Shown: positions 7,885 to 17,925, counted from the first letter of the stretch. The stretch: DNA of 40,041 nucleotides from Candidatus Hadarchaeia archaeon (GCA_046538535.1 JBKHIS010000002.1:1-40041), one strand, 5' to 3'. Notes: a model not told the origin generated them from the sequence alone. Translations and numbers: made by a program.

Positions 7885-8562
7885 TCACTCAAATTCCTTC
7901 ATTATGCTAACAGCGGAGGAAGTTCCAAGTCTATTCGCGCCCGCCTTAATAAGAGCAGCGGCTTTTTCTCTCGTCCTGATTCCACCTGAAGCCTTAATTT
8001 TCATATCCTCACTGATCGTATCCTTTATCGTTTCGACATCTTCAACCTGGGTTTCATTTCCTAGACCCTTGCTGGTCTTAACGAAGTCAGCGCCAGCCTC
8101 CTCAACGATTTCGGAAGCCTTAACTATCTCATCCTTATCGAGCCAAGGTGTTTCTATTATTACGAATACATTTTCGTCATCCGTTACATCCACCACGGCC
8201 TCAATATCCTTTCTGACCTTGTCATAATCCTGTTCCTTGAAAGCACCTATATTCATTATGAACTCTACTTCCTTCGCTCCTACCTTCAAAGCATCCTCAG
8301 CCAGATGCATTTTCTCTCTTGTAGTATTGTGGCCGTTATACCAGCTGAAATCCCCGATAGGCGCTGCTAAATTGACGTCCGTATCGGATAACAATCCATC
8401 TGCAAGTGGGAACGTATCGGTAGGTATATTGAGTGCCTTAAAATTATACCTTCCAGCAATTTCACAGATCTCCTTTACGATGTCCTCGGTGTAATAGTCA
8501 TAATCATTTCCGACGTTCCAAGTTATACTTCTTGCCATTTTCTTTTTACTTATTTCAGTCAT
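7885..8562 (-). CDS. deoC: deoxyribose-phosphate aldolase family protein
   Basis: Motifs FVKTSKG (Schiff-base Lys context), IKASGGIRT and GANRLGTSS. Oligo-T tracts lie downstream on the minus strand (7780-7812). Confidence 0.8.
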   Translation of the reverse strand: MTEISKKKMARSITWNVGNDYDYYTEDIVKEICEIAGRYNFKALNIPTDTFPLADGLLSDTDVNLAAPIGDFSWYNGHNTTREKMHLAEDALKVGAKEVEFIMNIGAFKEQDYDKVRKDIEAVVDVTDDENVFVIIETPWLDKDEIVKASEIVEEAGADFVKTSKGLGNETQVEDVETIKDTISEDMKIKASGGIRTREKAAALIKAGANRLGTSSAVSIMKEFE

Positions 8563-8671
8563 ATTATCTCTTTGACATTCCTAACCGACCGTTATTAACC
8601 TTATCCGATTTACGCCAGGCGAGAAAACTCTAAAAAGTTTTGTCCCAAACAGTATTGCAGAGCTGAAATTT

Positions 8672-10183
8672 ATGGATAAAGATCTCTTACTTGGAATAGA
8701 TATTGGAACTCAAAGCGCTAAAACTGTGCTTTTTGACACAAAAGGAAACATCGTCAGAGAAAAACAGAAGGAATACGAACTAGTTTGCCCGGAACCCGGC
8801 TGGGCCGAACAGGACCCTCAGAAATGGTGGAACGTGTCGGCCGAGAAAACAAGAGAAATTGTGGAAAGTCTTGACGATCCGGAAAAAATAAAGGCTGTAG
8901 GTGTCTGCGGGCAGATGCACGCTCCAGTACCAATCGATGAGTCAGGCAATTTGCTATATCGATCACCTTTACTGTGGTGCGATAAAAGAAACAAAAAACA
9001 GACTCGCGAAGCCGAAGAAAAGCTAGACGAAGAGAGAATAATGGAGATCACCGGTAATCCCATAACTCCGGCTTGGTCCGCAATGAAATTGCTATGGATG
9101 AAGGAAAACACTCGCGAAGCTTACGAAAAGGCCGAAAACTTCCTAATGCCCAAAGACTTCATAAACTTCAAACTCACGGGAAACGCCTACACGGACCCCT
9201 CCGACGCATCGGGAACCATACTTTACGATGTTAAAAATGAGGACTGGTCAAAGGAAGTAGCAGAAATGTTGGAAATCGACCTATCAAAATTCCCCGACAT
9301 AGTGCCTTCGCACAAAAAAATGGGAGAGGTGTCCTCCGAAGCTTCAGAGAAAACGGGACTCGCAAAGGGAACGCCTGTTGTAACGGGAGGAGCCGATTTT
9401 ATGTGCACACTCTTAGCGGGAGGAGTCGTATCCGAGGGGGATGCTGCTGATATCGCTGGAACGGCCTCTGAGGTAGCATTCTTCTCCAAGGAACCGCTGA
9501 AGAATGAGAATGTTATGAACGTAAGACACGTAACTGAAGAAGGCTGGGTTCCTTTTGGGATTCAAGAAGGCGGGCTTCTAAGATGGTTCAGAGATGAATT
9601 CGGAACTAAGGAGATGACGGAAGCAGACGAGAGAAATATATCGCCCTACGAAGTTATGATAGAAGAGGCTTCGGACGTAGAACCCGGTTCAAAAGGACTC
9701 ATTATAACGCCATTCTTCCTGGGCCAGAGGCCTAATTATCCCGAAGCTACCGGTACAGTTCACGGATTGACTACTGCACACGGAAGGGCTCACTTCATCA
9801 GGGCCCTTATGGAGGGAATTACCTACTTCATGAAGGAAGTTTTAGACATAGCCGAGGAAAGTGGTCTAGAAGTTGAGTCTTTTGTAGGACTTGGGGGCGG
9901 GGCAAAAAACTATCTTTGGCGGAAAATCAAAGCAGACGTTTACAATAAGCCTATTTTGACCCTTGAATCCTACGAAGGCGGAGCCTTGGGTGCCGCCATG
10001 CTCGCGGGAGTGGGAATTGGAAAATTCGATAGTCCAAAATCGGCCGCCGACAAGATAGTATCAATTAAAGATAGAGAGGAACCGGATCCGGAAGCTCATA
10101 GAGAATATATGAAGTTCTACAGAAGATACAAGACAGTCAACAAGTACTCCAACAAGATAACAAAGGAAGTAGAAAGCCCCTAA
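8672..10183 (+). CDS. FGGY-family carbohydrate kinase (xylulokinase/glycerol kinase-like)
   Basis: N-terminal LLGIDIGTQSAKTVLFD and C-terminal GLGGGAKN and GGALGAAMLAGVG motifs. Confidence 0.85.
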   Translation: MDKDLLLGIDIGTQSAKTVLFDTKGNIVREKQKEYELVCPEPGWAEQDPQKWWNVSAEKTREIVESLDDPEKIKAVGVCGQMHAPVPIDESGNLLYRSPLLWCDKRNKKQTREAEEKLDEERIMEITGNPITPAWSAMKLLWMKENTREAYEKAENFLMPKDFINFKLTGNAYTDPSDASGTILYDVKNEDWSKEVAEMLEIDLSKFPDIVPSHKKMGEVSSEASEKTGLAKGTPVVTGGADFMCTLLAGGVVSEGDAADIAGTASEVAFFSKEPLKNENVMNVRHVTEEGWVPFGIQEGGLLRWFRDEFGTKEMTEADERNISPYEVMIEEASDVEPGSKGLIITPFFLGQRPNYPEATGTVHGLTTAHGRAHFIRALMEGITYFMKEVLDIAEESGLEVESFVGLGGGAKNYLWRKIKADVYNKPILTLESYEGGALGAAMLAGVGIGKFDSPKSAADKIVSIKDREEPDPEAHREYMKFYRRYKTVNKYSNKITKEVESP

Positions 10184-10196
10184 ATATTGACTACTA

Positions 10197-10227
10197 CCGG
10201 TTTACGTAAATTCCCTAAATAAACCGG
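10197..10227 (+). terminator. hairpin after the FGGY kinase gene (CCGGTTTA / TAAACCGG)
   Basis: An 8-bp perfect stem (10197-10204 and 10220-10227) begins 14 nt after the stop codon. Confidence 0.3.
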
Positions 10228-10364
10228 ACCTTGACAAATAAAGTTTTTATTAAAGAGCCAAACAGAATAGACGAATTCCCCGAATGAAAGTACCATGGAA
10301 ATTAAATTAAAGCGAGCAAACTTGTATTAAAGAAAAGGGGAAATAAAACAGAGGTAGGTGATAA

Positions 10365-11063
10365 TTGATGGTACCCGAGAAAACTGAGAAGGCTGAAGAA
10401 CCCAACGAATATGAGAACACGACTGAGCCAGAGGAACAAGCCCTGGCAGAGGGATTAGAGGAACCTCTAATAGATATGGAACAGTATCTTGCCAGCGGCG
10501 TACATATTGGCACAAGACAAAAAACTGGTGATATGGCCCCCTATGTATACAGAGTAAGATCTGACGGACTTTTTGTACTAGATGTGCGCCAAGCGGACGA
10601 AAGAATAGCCGCCGCAGCAAAGCTAATAGCAAGCTATGACCCCGAAGAGGTTTATATAGTCTCAGTAAGGCAATACGGTCAGAGGCCGGTTTCCAAATTC
10701 GGCAAAGCAACTGGAGTAAAGACAAATGCCGGAAGATTTATTCCTGGAACCCTTACGAATCCCTCTTACGAAGGATACGTTGAGCCGAAACTGATAATGA
10801 TAACGGACCCCGTTGCCGACGAACAAGCACTGGCAGAAGCATCTAAAGTGGGAACACCCGTAATCGGGATTTGCGACACAGATAACAAAACGAAAAACAT
10901 CGACTTAGTTATTCCCGCCAACAACAGAGGTAGAAAAGCCCTAGCCCTGATATACTGGCTATTAGCCGAACGAGTACTAAAAGAAAGAGGAGACCTTGAT
11001 GAAGATGAAGAGTGGGGCGTTTCTCTAGAGGAATTTGAAACAAAATTTTCTGAGGAAGAATAA
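10365..11063 (+). CDS. rps2: 30S ribosomal protein uS2 with an acidic N-terminal extension
   Basis: Motifs YLASGVHIGT, VLDVRQ and ITDP. The start is TTG 10365 or ATG 10368, with GAGGTAGGTGA upstream. Confidence 0.9.
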   Translation: MMVPEKTEKAEEPNEYENTTEPEEQALAEGLEEPLIDMEQYLASGVHIGTRQKTGDMAPYVYRVRSDGLFVLDVRQADERIAAAAKLIASYDPEEVYIVSVRQYGQRPVSKFGKATGVKTNAGRFIPGTLTNPSYEGYVEPKLIMITDPVADEQALAEASKVGTPVIGICDTDNKTKNIDLVIPANNRGRKALALIYWLLAERVLKERGDLDEDEEWGVSLEEFETKFSEEE

Positions 11064-11287
11064 TAAGTTTAGGCAGAAATATGTATAACTCCAAATTTTG
11101 GAGCGGCCCATAATGCAGGATCCATAGAAGAATTATGTCTATTTTTGGATCCAAAGAGAACTATTTGGGGCTTTATAAGCCTAAAATTCCACTTTTTTCC
11201 TCCTAACAGAGAAAAATATTCGACCCACTTAGCCAGCCGCAGGCAAAAGCGTAAAGCTTAAGCGAAGAAATAATACTGCGAAAGGAA

Positions 11288-12091
11288 GTGAACCAAATTA
11301 AGGAATTATTCATAGTGAAAATAGGAGGCAGCGTAATCACCAACAAGAATGATAAGTTCTCAGTAAATGAAACTAGGCTCAATGATCTAGTCAAAGAAAT
11401 CTCTTCCATCGACAGCAGAATAATCCTTATACATGGCGGCGGATCGTTTGGACACCCACTGGCATCAGAATACGAAATCGAGAAAGGTTACAAACGAAAG
11501 GAACAACTCCTGGGTTTCTCAAAAACACATCAGGCAATGAAGGAGCTTAACTCCATATTTCTTGACGCTTTTATCGAAAAGGGAAGACCAGCAGTCAGTG
11601 TCCAAACCTCGGCTTGCACAAAAGTCAGTGAAGGAGAGATCGTATCGATGGAACTGAAAAACATATCCCAACTCCTGGAGCTAGGATTTCTACCAATACT
11701 TTACGGCGACTGCGTGCTAGATATGAAAAGGGGTATTGGAATACTTTCGGGAGATCAAATAGCTACCTTTCTAGCACAAAAGTTAAAGGCTGAAAAGCTT
11801 ATCTTCGGCGTGGACACGAAAGGAGTCATGACAGGAGACCCTCAAAAAAAGAAAAATACAGAACTAATCCCAAAAATAACCCCGGAAACCTGGAAGAAAA
11901 TGGAATCATTTGTTAAGGGCCAATCAGGACGAGACGTTACAGGAGGAATGAGAAACAAGGTTGAAGCTTGTATAGACCTTGCGAAAAACGTGGGCATAGA
12001 ATCTGGGATAATAAACGCTAAAGAACCGGGTAACCTTAGAAAGGCCATACTAACAGATAAGAGGATCGGAACAAAAATAGCAAGGGAGTGA
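11288..12091 (+). CDS. isopentenyl phosphate kinase
   Basis: IVKIGGSVITNK and LIHGGGSFGHP place it in the amino-acid-kinase fold. It has a GTG start and is followed by IDI-2 and GGPP synthase. Confidence 0.85.
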   Translation: MNQIKELFIVKIGGSVITNKNDKFSVNETRLNDLVKEISSIDSRIILIHGGGSFGHPLASEYEIEKGYKRKEQLLGFSKTHQAMKELNSIFLDAFIEKGRPAVSVQTSACTKVSEGEIVSMELKNISQLLELGFLPILYGDCVLDMKRGIGILSGDQIATFLAQKLKAEKLIFGVDTKGVMTGDPQKKKNTELIPKITPETWKKMESFVKGQSGRDVTGGMRNKVEACIDLAKNVGIESGIINAKEPGNLRKAILTDKRIGTKIARE

Positions 12092-13167
12092 TAGACATCG
12101 CAGATAAAACCTCCGAAAGGAAGCTGGACCATATCGAGATATGCCTTGAAGAAGACGTCGAATCCAGATTTAAATCCACTGGATTCGAAGATATAGATCT
12201 TATACATCAAGCTTCAGCTGAAGTAAATCTTTCAGACATAAATACAACCGCTCGGATTTTCGGAAAAGAAATAGAGGCACCAATACTGATATCTCCAATG
12301 ACTGGAGGACATGAAAGGGGGAAGAAAATAAATCGAACTATGGCTAGAGCCGCGAGAGAACTAGGAATCGGAATGTGTGTAGGTAGCCAGAGAGCAGGGC
12401 TAGGGAACGAAAAATTAACTGACACCTATCAAGTCAGAGACATCGCCCCGGAAATACTACTTATGGGTAATCTGGGAATAGCACAGCTTAGCGATGGATA
12501 TGGCTTGAAGAAGGCAAGAGAAGCAATAGAAATGATCGGAGCAGACGCCCTCGGAATCCACCTCAACAGCTTGCAGGAAGCCATTCAACCCGAAGGAGAG
12601 ACGGATCTTAAAAAGGGATTGAAAGGATTCTCTAGAGTAGCCTCTGAGTTAGATAAACCCGTATACGTTAAGGAAACAGGTGCAGGTATCACCGGAAAAG
12701 TAGCTCGAAAATTTGAGGATGCGGGGTCCAGTGCCATAGATGTGAGCGGTGCCGGGGGAACTAGCTGGGCGGGAGTGGAACAGCTTAGATCCTCAGAAGG
12801 ATCAACGCTCGGAGATGTTTTCTGGGACTGGGGAATACCAACATCTGTTTCAACAGCAGAAGTTGCAAAATCAGTTGACATTCCAGTCATAGCAAGCGGG
12901 GGAATAAGAACAGGAATAGATGCAGCAAAGGCTATAGCTCTTGGAGCCGACTTCGTGGGGGTTGCTCTACCACTTATTAGAGCCTCTGTTAAAGGAAAGA
13001 AAGCGGTAGTCCGCTGGTTGAAGGAATTCATTAGTGAGATAAAAACCGCAATGTTCCTAACAAAATCAAGCGATATAAAGGAACTTAAAAAAAGTCCTCT
13101 CTCGATAGCCGGAAATACAAAGGATCTATTCATCTCAAGAGGACTAAAGCCTAAAGATTATAGATGA
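12088..13167 (+). CDS. fni: type 2 isopentenyl-diphosphate delta-isomerase
   Basis: Motifs ISPMTGG, VGSQR, VKETGAG and ASGGIRTG. The GTG start overlaps the upstream stop (GTGA). Confidence 0.9.
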   Translation: MIDIADKTSERKLDHIEICLEEDVESRFKSTGFEDIDLIHQASAEVNLSDINTTARIFGKEIEAPILISPMTGGHERGKKINRTMARAARELGIGMCVGSQRAGLGNEKLTDTYQVRDIAPEILLMGNLGIAQLSDGYGLKKAREAIEMIGADALGIHLNSLQEAIQPEGETDLKKGLKGFSRVASELDKPVYVKETGAGITGKVARKFEDAGSSAIDVSGAGGTSWAGVEQLRSSEGSTLGDVFWDWGIPTSVSTAEVAKSVDIPVIASGGIRTGIDAAKAIALGADFVGVALPLIRASVKGKKAVVRWLKEFISEIKTAMFLTKSSDIKELKKSPLSIAGNTKDLFISRGLKPKDYR

Positions 13168-13223
13168 TGAGACATGTTAAAGATTGAAGAATCTGCAAAT
13201 GTCACCGAACTGTTGCGGACGAA

Positions 13224-14234
13224 ATGGTGAGTTATTTGGATGTGCTAAAATACTTAAAGCAAAAGAGAAAGGTGATTGACTCGGAAATCAACAATCTTAT
13301 TCCCGAGCATCTCAAACCCGAAATTCTCACTGAGTCCAGTAGACATACGATTCTTGCTGGAGGAAAGAGACTAAGACCCGTGTTAACTCTAACCTCAGCC
13401 GAATCGGTCGGCGGGGATCCGGAAAAGGCTATTAAAACAGCCGCCGGGATAGAGCTCCTGCACACTTTCACTCTCGTTCACGACGATATTATGGATCAAG
13501 ACCATTTCAGGCGGGGAGAAAAGACCGTTCATGAGATATGGGGAAAATCAATTGCAATTATCGCGGGAGACGCTCTATTTGCAAAGGTATTCGAGGCTCT
13601 TGCCGAGAACGCAAAGAATCAAGACATTTCCTCAAAAAAACTGGAAAGACTCCTGGAGATTGTCAGCAAAGCCAGTTTTGAAATATGCCAAGGACAAGCT
13701 ATGGATCTCGAATTTGAGAGAAAGGACTTGGTCGAGGAAGAGGAGTATCTGGAGATGGTAGAGAAAAAAACAGGAGCCCTGATGGATGCCGCCACGAGAT
13801 CAGGAGCGCTTCTGGGAGGAGCTACCGATAAGGAGGTTGACTCACTGGGTGAGTACGGGAGGCTACTGGGCATCGCGTTTCAGATCCACGACGATTACTT
13901 AGGGACAAAGGGTGATGAGAATAAAGTTGGAAAACCCGTGGGTAGTGACATAGAAGAAGGTAAATGGACTATACTGGCAGTCCATGCCTACAATGAGGCT
14001 AACGATAACGATAGAAAAAGATTGGTTGAAATTTTAAACAGAGACAAAACAGGTGCGGAAGAGGTAAAGGAAGTTTTGGAAATCTATGAGGATACGAAAG
14101 CTGTGGACTTCGCCTGCAAAAAAAGCAAAGAATTAGTGAAACAAGCAAAGAAAGAAATATCGGATTTTCCCGATACCGAAGCCAAAAGATTTCTTCTGGA
14201 ACTAGCTGACTTTTCCGTTGAAAGGGAGCTATAA
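13224..14234 (+). CDS. geranylgeranyl diphosphate synthase (short-chain trans-prenyltransferase)
   Basis: The first Asp-rich motif is LVHDDIMDQD and the second is FQIHDDYLG. Confidence 0.85.
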   Translation: MVSYLDVLKYLKQKRKVIDSEINNLIPEHLKPEILTESSRHTILAGGKRLRPVLTLTSAESVGGDPEKAIKTAAGIELLHTFTLVHDDIMDQDHFRRGEKTVHEIWGKSIAIIAGDALFAKVFEALAENAKNQDISSKKLERLLEIVSKASFEICQGQAMDLEFERKDLVEEEEYLEMVEKKTGALMDAATRSGALLGGATDKEVDSLGEYGRLLGIAFQIHDDYLGTKGDENKVGKPVGSDIEEGKWTILAVHAYNEANDNDRKRLVEILNRDKTGAEEVKEVLEIYEDTKAVDFACKKSKELVKQAKKEISDFPDTEAKRFLLELADFSVEREL

Positions 14235-14236
14235 CC

Positions 14237-15928
14237 ATGGGTAAAAAAAATATGGATGATTTAATATGGAAGTGGACTCTTGCTAACGCAATTGAACACG
14301 AGGGTAGCGCAGAAGTAGGAGCCGTTATCGGAAAAGTTATGGCTGAGAAACCCGAGCTTAAGTCCGAAGTCCAAGTAATCAAAAGTAAAATCGAAGAAAT
14401 CGTAAGTGAAGTAAATGATATGTCAACAGAGAAACAGAAAATCAAGCTTGAGGAAATTGGAGCACCTGAGAGGGAGAAAAAGAAAGAGGAAGGCCTCAAA
14501 GAGCTGCCAGAGTCAGAAAGATACTCAACAGTTGTCACTAGATTCGCCCCAAACCCCAACGGCCCGCTTCATCTGGGACATACTAGACCATCTATACTCT
14601 CACACGAATACGCCAGGAGAAACGACGGAAAATTCATACTCAGATTCGAAGACACCAACCCCTCAAATGCAAAAAAAGAAATGTATGAGATGATTCGGGA
14701 AGACCTAAAATGGCTAGGACTAGACTGGGACGAGGAATACATCCAGTCCGATAGAATGGGCATTTACTATGAATACGCCGAAAAATTGCTGGAAAAAACT
14801 CACGCCTATATCTGCACCTGTAGCTCAAAGAGATTCAAGGAACTTCGAGACGAAGAAACGGCCTGCCCATGCCGCAATCTCAGCTCAAAGGAGAACATTT
14901 CAAGGTGGGAATCGATGAAGAAGGGGGAATACGATGAAGGCGAAGCAGTGGTAAGGATAAAGACCAATCTAGAAAATCCCAATCCAGCATTGAGGGACTG
15001 GCCAGCGCTAAGAATCGTAAAGGACAAACACCCAAGGACCGGGAGCGACTACTACGTCTGGCCACTTTATAATTTCTCAGTCGCTATAGACGATCACGAA
15101 CTGGGCATAACACACGTTTTACGAGGAAAGGAACACGAAGTTAACGAACAAAGACAGAGACAACTATTCGATCACCTAAACTGGAAGTATCCGACCGCCC
15201 TTCAGATAGGAAGACTTTCCGTTTCAGGAACCGTATTGAGCAAGACTCAGATTATGTGGGGAATGTCTGAAGGAAAATACGAGGGTTATGATGATGTGAG
15301 GCTCGGAACGCTTTCTGCGCTCAGAAGAAGAGGAATAATGCCTGAAGCGCTCAGAGAGATAGTCCTCGATGCAGGTTTGACCAAGTCAAACTCAACACTC
15401 AGTCTCGATACCCTTCACAAGAAAAACAGGAGAATAATAGACGAAAAAGCAAATAGGTACTTCTTCGTACCGGAACCACAAAAGATATTAATACGAGATG
15501 CTCCCGAGGAAAAGGAAGTTGATCTGAGACTTCATCCAAATGATGCCGAGAGAGGAAACAGAACCCTACCACTGGAACAAACGGACGGAAAACTTAAAGC
15601 CTGGATCGCGAAGAACGACGTGAAGGATATGGAGAAGGGAAGTCTGATCAGACTTAAGGATTTATTCAACTTTAGAATCACATCTATCAAGCCTTTGGAA
15701 GCAGAGTTCGAGGGATACGAACTCCTTGATACCCCCAAAATCCAGTGGGTTTCCGGTAATCCAATAGAAACAAATATAATCATGCCGGACGCTCAAGAAC
15801 GAAAAGGATATGCGGAACCAGAGGCTGAAAAGCTAAAGGAAGGAGAAATAATTCAGTTCGAAAGGTTTGGGTTCGTGCGTATTGATGGTAAAGAACCCGA
15901 ATTGACCGCCGTTTACACCCACTCATAG
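14237..15928 (+). CDS. gltX: glutamyl-tRNA synthetase (archaeal type)
   Basis: RFAPNPNGPLHLGH (HIGH motif) and VLSKT (KMSKS-like motif), 563 aa. Confidence 0.9.
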   Translation: MGKKNMDDLIWKWTLANAIEHEGSAEVGAVIGKVMAEKPELKSEVQVIKSKIEEIVSEVNDMSTEKQKIKLEEIGAPEREKKKEEGLKELPESERYSTVVTRFAPNPNGPLHLGHTRPSILSHEYARRNDGKFILRFEDTNPSNAKKEMYEMIREDLKWLGLDWDEEYIQSDRMGIYYEYAEKLLEKTHAYICTCSSKRFKELRDEETACPCRNLSSKENISRWESMKKGEYDEGEAVVRIKTNLENPNPALRDWPALRIVKDKHPRTGSDYYVWPLYNFSVAIDDHELGITHVLRGKEHEVNEQRQRQLFDHLNWKYPTALQIGRLSVSGTVLSKTQIMWGMSEGKYEGYDDVRLGTLSALRRRGIMPEALREIVLDAGLTKSNSTLSLDTLHKKNRRIIDEKANRYFFVPEPQKILIRDAPEEKEVDLRLHPNDAERGNRTLPLEQTDGKLKAWIAKNDVKDMEKGSLIRLKDLFNFRITSIKPLEAEFEGYELLDTPKIQWVSGNPIETNIIMPDAQERKGYAEPEAEKLKEGEIIQFERFGFVRIDGKEPELTAVYTHS

Positions 15929-15971
15929 GAAAATTAATAAATAGCATACACTTGTAAACAACAACCCGCCA

Positions 15972-16017
15972 CACAGTGCGATGATTGATTACCAGATGAA
16001 GGAGGTGCTGTATTGTG
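15972..16017 (+). promoter_or_regulatory. leader hairpin of the L7Ae gene that pairs with the GTG start, with two GAUGA motifs
   Basis: CACAGUGC (15972-15979) can pair with GUAUUGUG (16010-16017, includes the start codon) using two G-U pairs. The stem encloses GAUGA (15980-15984), GAUGA (15995-15999) and the SD GGAGGTG (16001-16007). Confidence 0.3.
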
Positions 16018-16395
16018 GCAGAAAAACCAATGTATGTAAGATTTGATGTATCGAGGAGTTTGGCAGACCGGATGTATGAGATCGTAGAAGAAGCCATAGA
16101 ATCCGGATCGGTCAGAAAAGGCATGAATGAAACTACAAAAATAGTCGAGAGAAACGATGCGGAACTAGTTATAATGGCAGAGGATGTAGATCCCCCCGAA
16201 ATACTTGCGTATCTTCCGCCCTTGTGCGAGGAAAAGGATACCCCATACGGATACGTTCCGGATCAGAGAGAACTTGGTTCCGCAGCCGGAATCGAGGTCG
16301 GGGCCTCGGCGGTGGCAGTAGTGGACTCCGGAAATGCCAGAGACGAACTCGAATCCGTGAAAGCCAAACTCGAAGAATTAAGAAAGGGAGAATAA
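16015..16395 (+). CDS. rpl7ae: 50S ribosomal protein L7Ae
   Basis: Sequence [47 protein letters not shown] start with GGAGGTG 7 nt upstream. Confidence 0.9.
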   Translation: MAEKPMYVRFDVSRSLADRMYEIVEEAIESGSVRKGMNETTKIVERNDAELVIMAEDVDPPEILAYLPPLCEEKDTPYGYVPDQRELGSAAGIEVGASAVAVVDSGNARDELESVKAKLEELRKGE

Positions 16396-16396
16396 A

Positions 16397-16612
16397 ATGC
16401 CCGAGGAAGATGAGAGTATACCCGTAGAGGTAATAGAAATCAGAGGAAGAACCGGAGCGACAGGAGAGATAATGCAAGTCAAGGGACGGATTCTGGAAGG
16501 AAGAGACCAAGGTAGAATAATCATTAGAAACGTAAAAGGTCCTGTAAGGGAAGGGGATACCCTCATGCTCAGAGAAGTAGAAAGAGAAGCAAAGGAAATT
16601 AGGGTGCCATAA
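16397..16612 (+). CDS. rps28e: 30S ribosomal protein S28e
   Basis: Sequence [46 protein letters not shown]. Confidence 0.9.
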   Translation: MPEEDESIPVEVIEIRGRTGATGEIMQVKGRILEGRDQGRIIIRNVKGPVREGDTLMLREVEREAKEIRVP

Positions 16613-16613
16613 A

Positions 16614-16793
16614 TTGCCAGCGGAAAAAACCTGTTCCTATTGCGGGGATGACATTACCCCAGGAACCGGTCTCATGTATGTCAAAAGAGACGGCACTATA
16701 CTATACCTATGCTCCAGTAAATGCGAAAAGAACATGAAGCTTGGAAGAAGAGCCGAGGAACTCGAGTGGACGGAAAAGTCACTTGAATCCTGA
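16614..16793 (+). CDS. rpl24e: 50S ribosomal protein L24e (not in the supplied ORF track; TTG start)
   Basis: My own translation from TTG 16614 gives (M)PAEKTCSYCGDDITPGTGLMYVKRDGTILYLCSSKCEKNMKLGRRAEELEWTEKSLES with stop at 16791-16793. The L7Ae-S28e-L24e order is the conserved one. Confidence 0.85.
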   Translation: MPAEKTCSYCGDDITPGTGLMYVKRDGTILYLCSSKCEKNMKLGRRAEELEWTEKSLES

Positions 16794-16890
16794 GCCGCGA
16801 TCCTTCGCGTTCCATCTCCCCAGCTTTTTCTATTTGATTTTATTCCCTAAATCGAAAGAGAGTTATACCGTTCTCCTAAAAACAATAAAT

Positions 16891-17877
16891 ATGAAGTACC
16901 GAAATTTTGGAAGAACCGATTGGAAAGTAAGCGAAGTAAGCTTAGGAACTTGGGCTCTTGGAAGCGGAGCATGGGGTGATGTCAGTGAAAGCACAGCCAT
17001 GGAAGTACTCGGAAAGGCCATGGAAACCGGCATCAATTTTTTGGACACTGCAGATGTTTACGGAGGCGGAGAAAGCGAGAGAAGAATATCGAAGTTTCTG
17101 AGAAATAGAGAAGAAAAAGTTCACGTGGCAACCAAATTCGGCAGGAGACTTGATCCACACGTGACCTCCGGATACAACAGGGAAAACCTTGAAAACTTCC
17201 TTGATGACTCTCTAAAGAATCTAAATGTCGACACAATCGACCTAATCCAACTTCATTGTCCACCTACCGAGGTCTATTACAAACCCGAAGTCTTTGAAAT
17301 CCTCGATGAATTCGTTGAGGAAGGAAAGATAAAACATTACGGTGTTAGCGTGGAAAAAGTTGAGGAGGCCTTAAAAGCCATCGAATATCCCGGAGTGAAA
17401 AGCGTTCAGATAATATTCAACATGTTTAGGCAGAGACCTAAAGAGCTGCTCTTCGACCAGTGCAAGAAAAAGAACGTAGCCATAATAGCAAGAGTACCGC
17501 TCGCTAGTGGACTTCTCACGGGGAAAATGGACGAAGATACGGAATTCCCAGAGGAAGATCACAGAAAATTCAATCGTGAGGGCGATGCCTTCGATGTCGG
17601 GGAAACATTTGCCGGAGTTGACTTCAAAAAGGGGTTAGAAGCAGTTGAAGAGCTAAAGAAGATCAAGCCAGATGAAATGAGCTGTGCTCAGTTTGCAATA
17701 AAGTGGATTCTGATGCATGAGGCCGTGAGCTGTGTGATACCCGGTGGAAAAAAGCCCTGGCAGGTGGAAGAAAACACAGCAGCTAGCGACCTTCCTGATC
17801 TCAACGACGAAACTATGGAAAGAGTAGAGGAAATCTACGAGGAGTACGTAAAACCACAAGTTCATCATAGATGGTAA
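16891..17877 (+). CDS. aldo/keto reductase
   Basis: MKYRNFGRTDWKVSEVSLGTWALG and FLDTADVYGGGESE. The track ORF starts at 16741, but that extension overlaps rpl24e, so the ATG at 16891 fits the family N-terminus. Confidence 0.85.
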   Translation: MKYRNFGRTDWKVSEVSLGTWALGSGAWGDVSESTAMEVLGKAMETGINFLDTADVYGGGESERRISKFLRNREEKVHVATKFGRRLDPHVTSGYNRENLENFLDDSLKNLNVDTIDLIQLHCPPTEVYYKPEVFEILDEFVEEGKIKHYGVSVEKVEEALKAIEYPGVKSVQIIFNMFRQRPKELLFDQCKKKNVAIIARVPLASGLLTGKMDEDTEFPEEDHRKFNREGDAFDVGETFAGVDFKKGLEAVEELKKIKPDEMSCAQFAIKWILMHEAVSCVIPGGKKPWQVEENTAASDLPDLNDETMERVEEIYEEYVKPQVHHRW

Positions 17878-17892
17878 AAACTGAAGTATAGG

Positions 17893-17925
17893 ATAGGAAA
17901 ACAAAATCCCTCTTTTCCTATTTTT
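17893..17925 (+). terminator. hairpin plus T-tract after the aldo/keto reductase gene
   Basis: ATAGGAAAA (17893-17901) and TTTTCCTAT (17913-17921) form a perfect 9-bp stem, followed by TTTTAATTT. Confidence 0.45.

Noticed and set aside
12585-13133. 182-aa ORF on the minus strand
   Set aside because: It is antisense to the IDI-2 gene, which has clear family motifs, so it is a shadow ORF.
13999-14559. 186-aa ORF on the minus strand spanning the GGPPS/gltX junction
   Set aside because: It is antisense to two strongly supported genes, has a Ser/Phe/Leu-rich composition, and has no SD.
15980-15999. Box C/D sRNA in the L7Ae leader
   Set aside because: The two GAUGA motifs lack partnering CUGA D boxes and the usual 12-nt guide spacing.
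16741-16890. N-terminal 50-aa extension of the aldo/keto reductase ORF
   Set aside because: It overlaps the 3' end of rpl24e in another frame and encodes non-conserved sequence. The family N-terminus (MKYRNFG) starts at ATG 16891.
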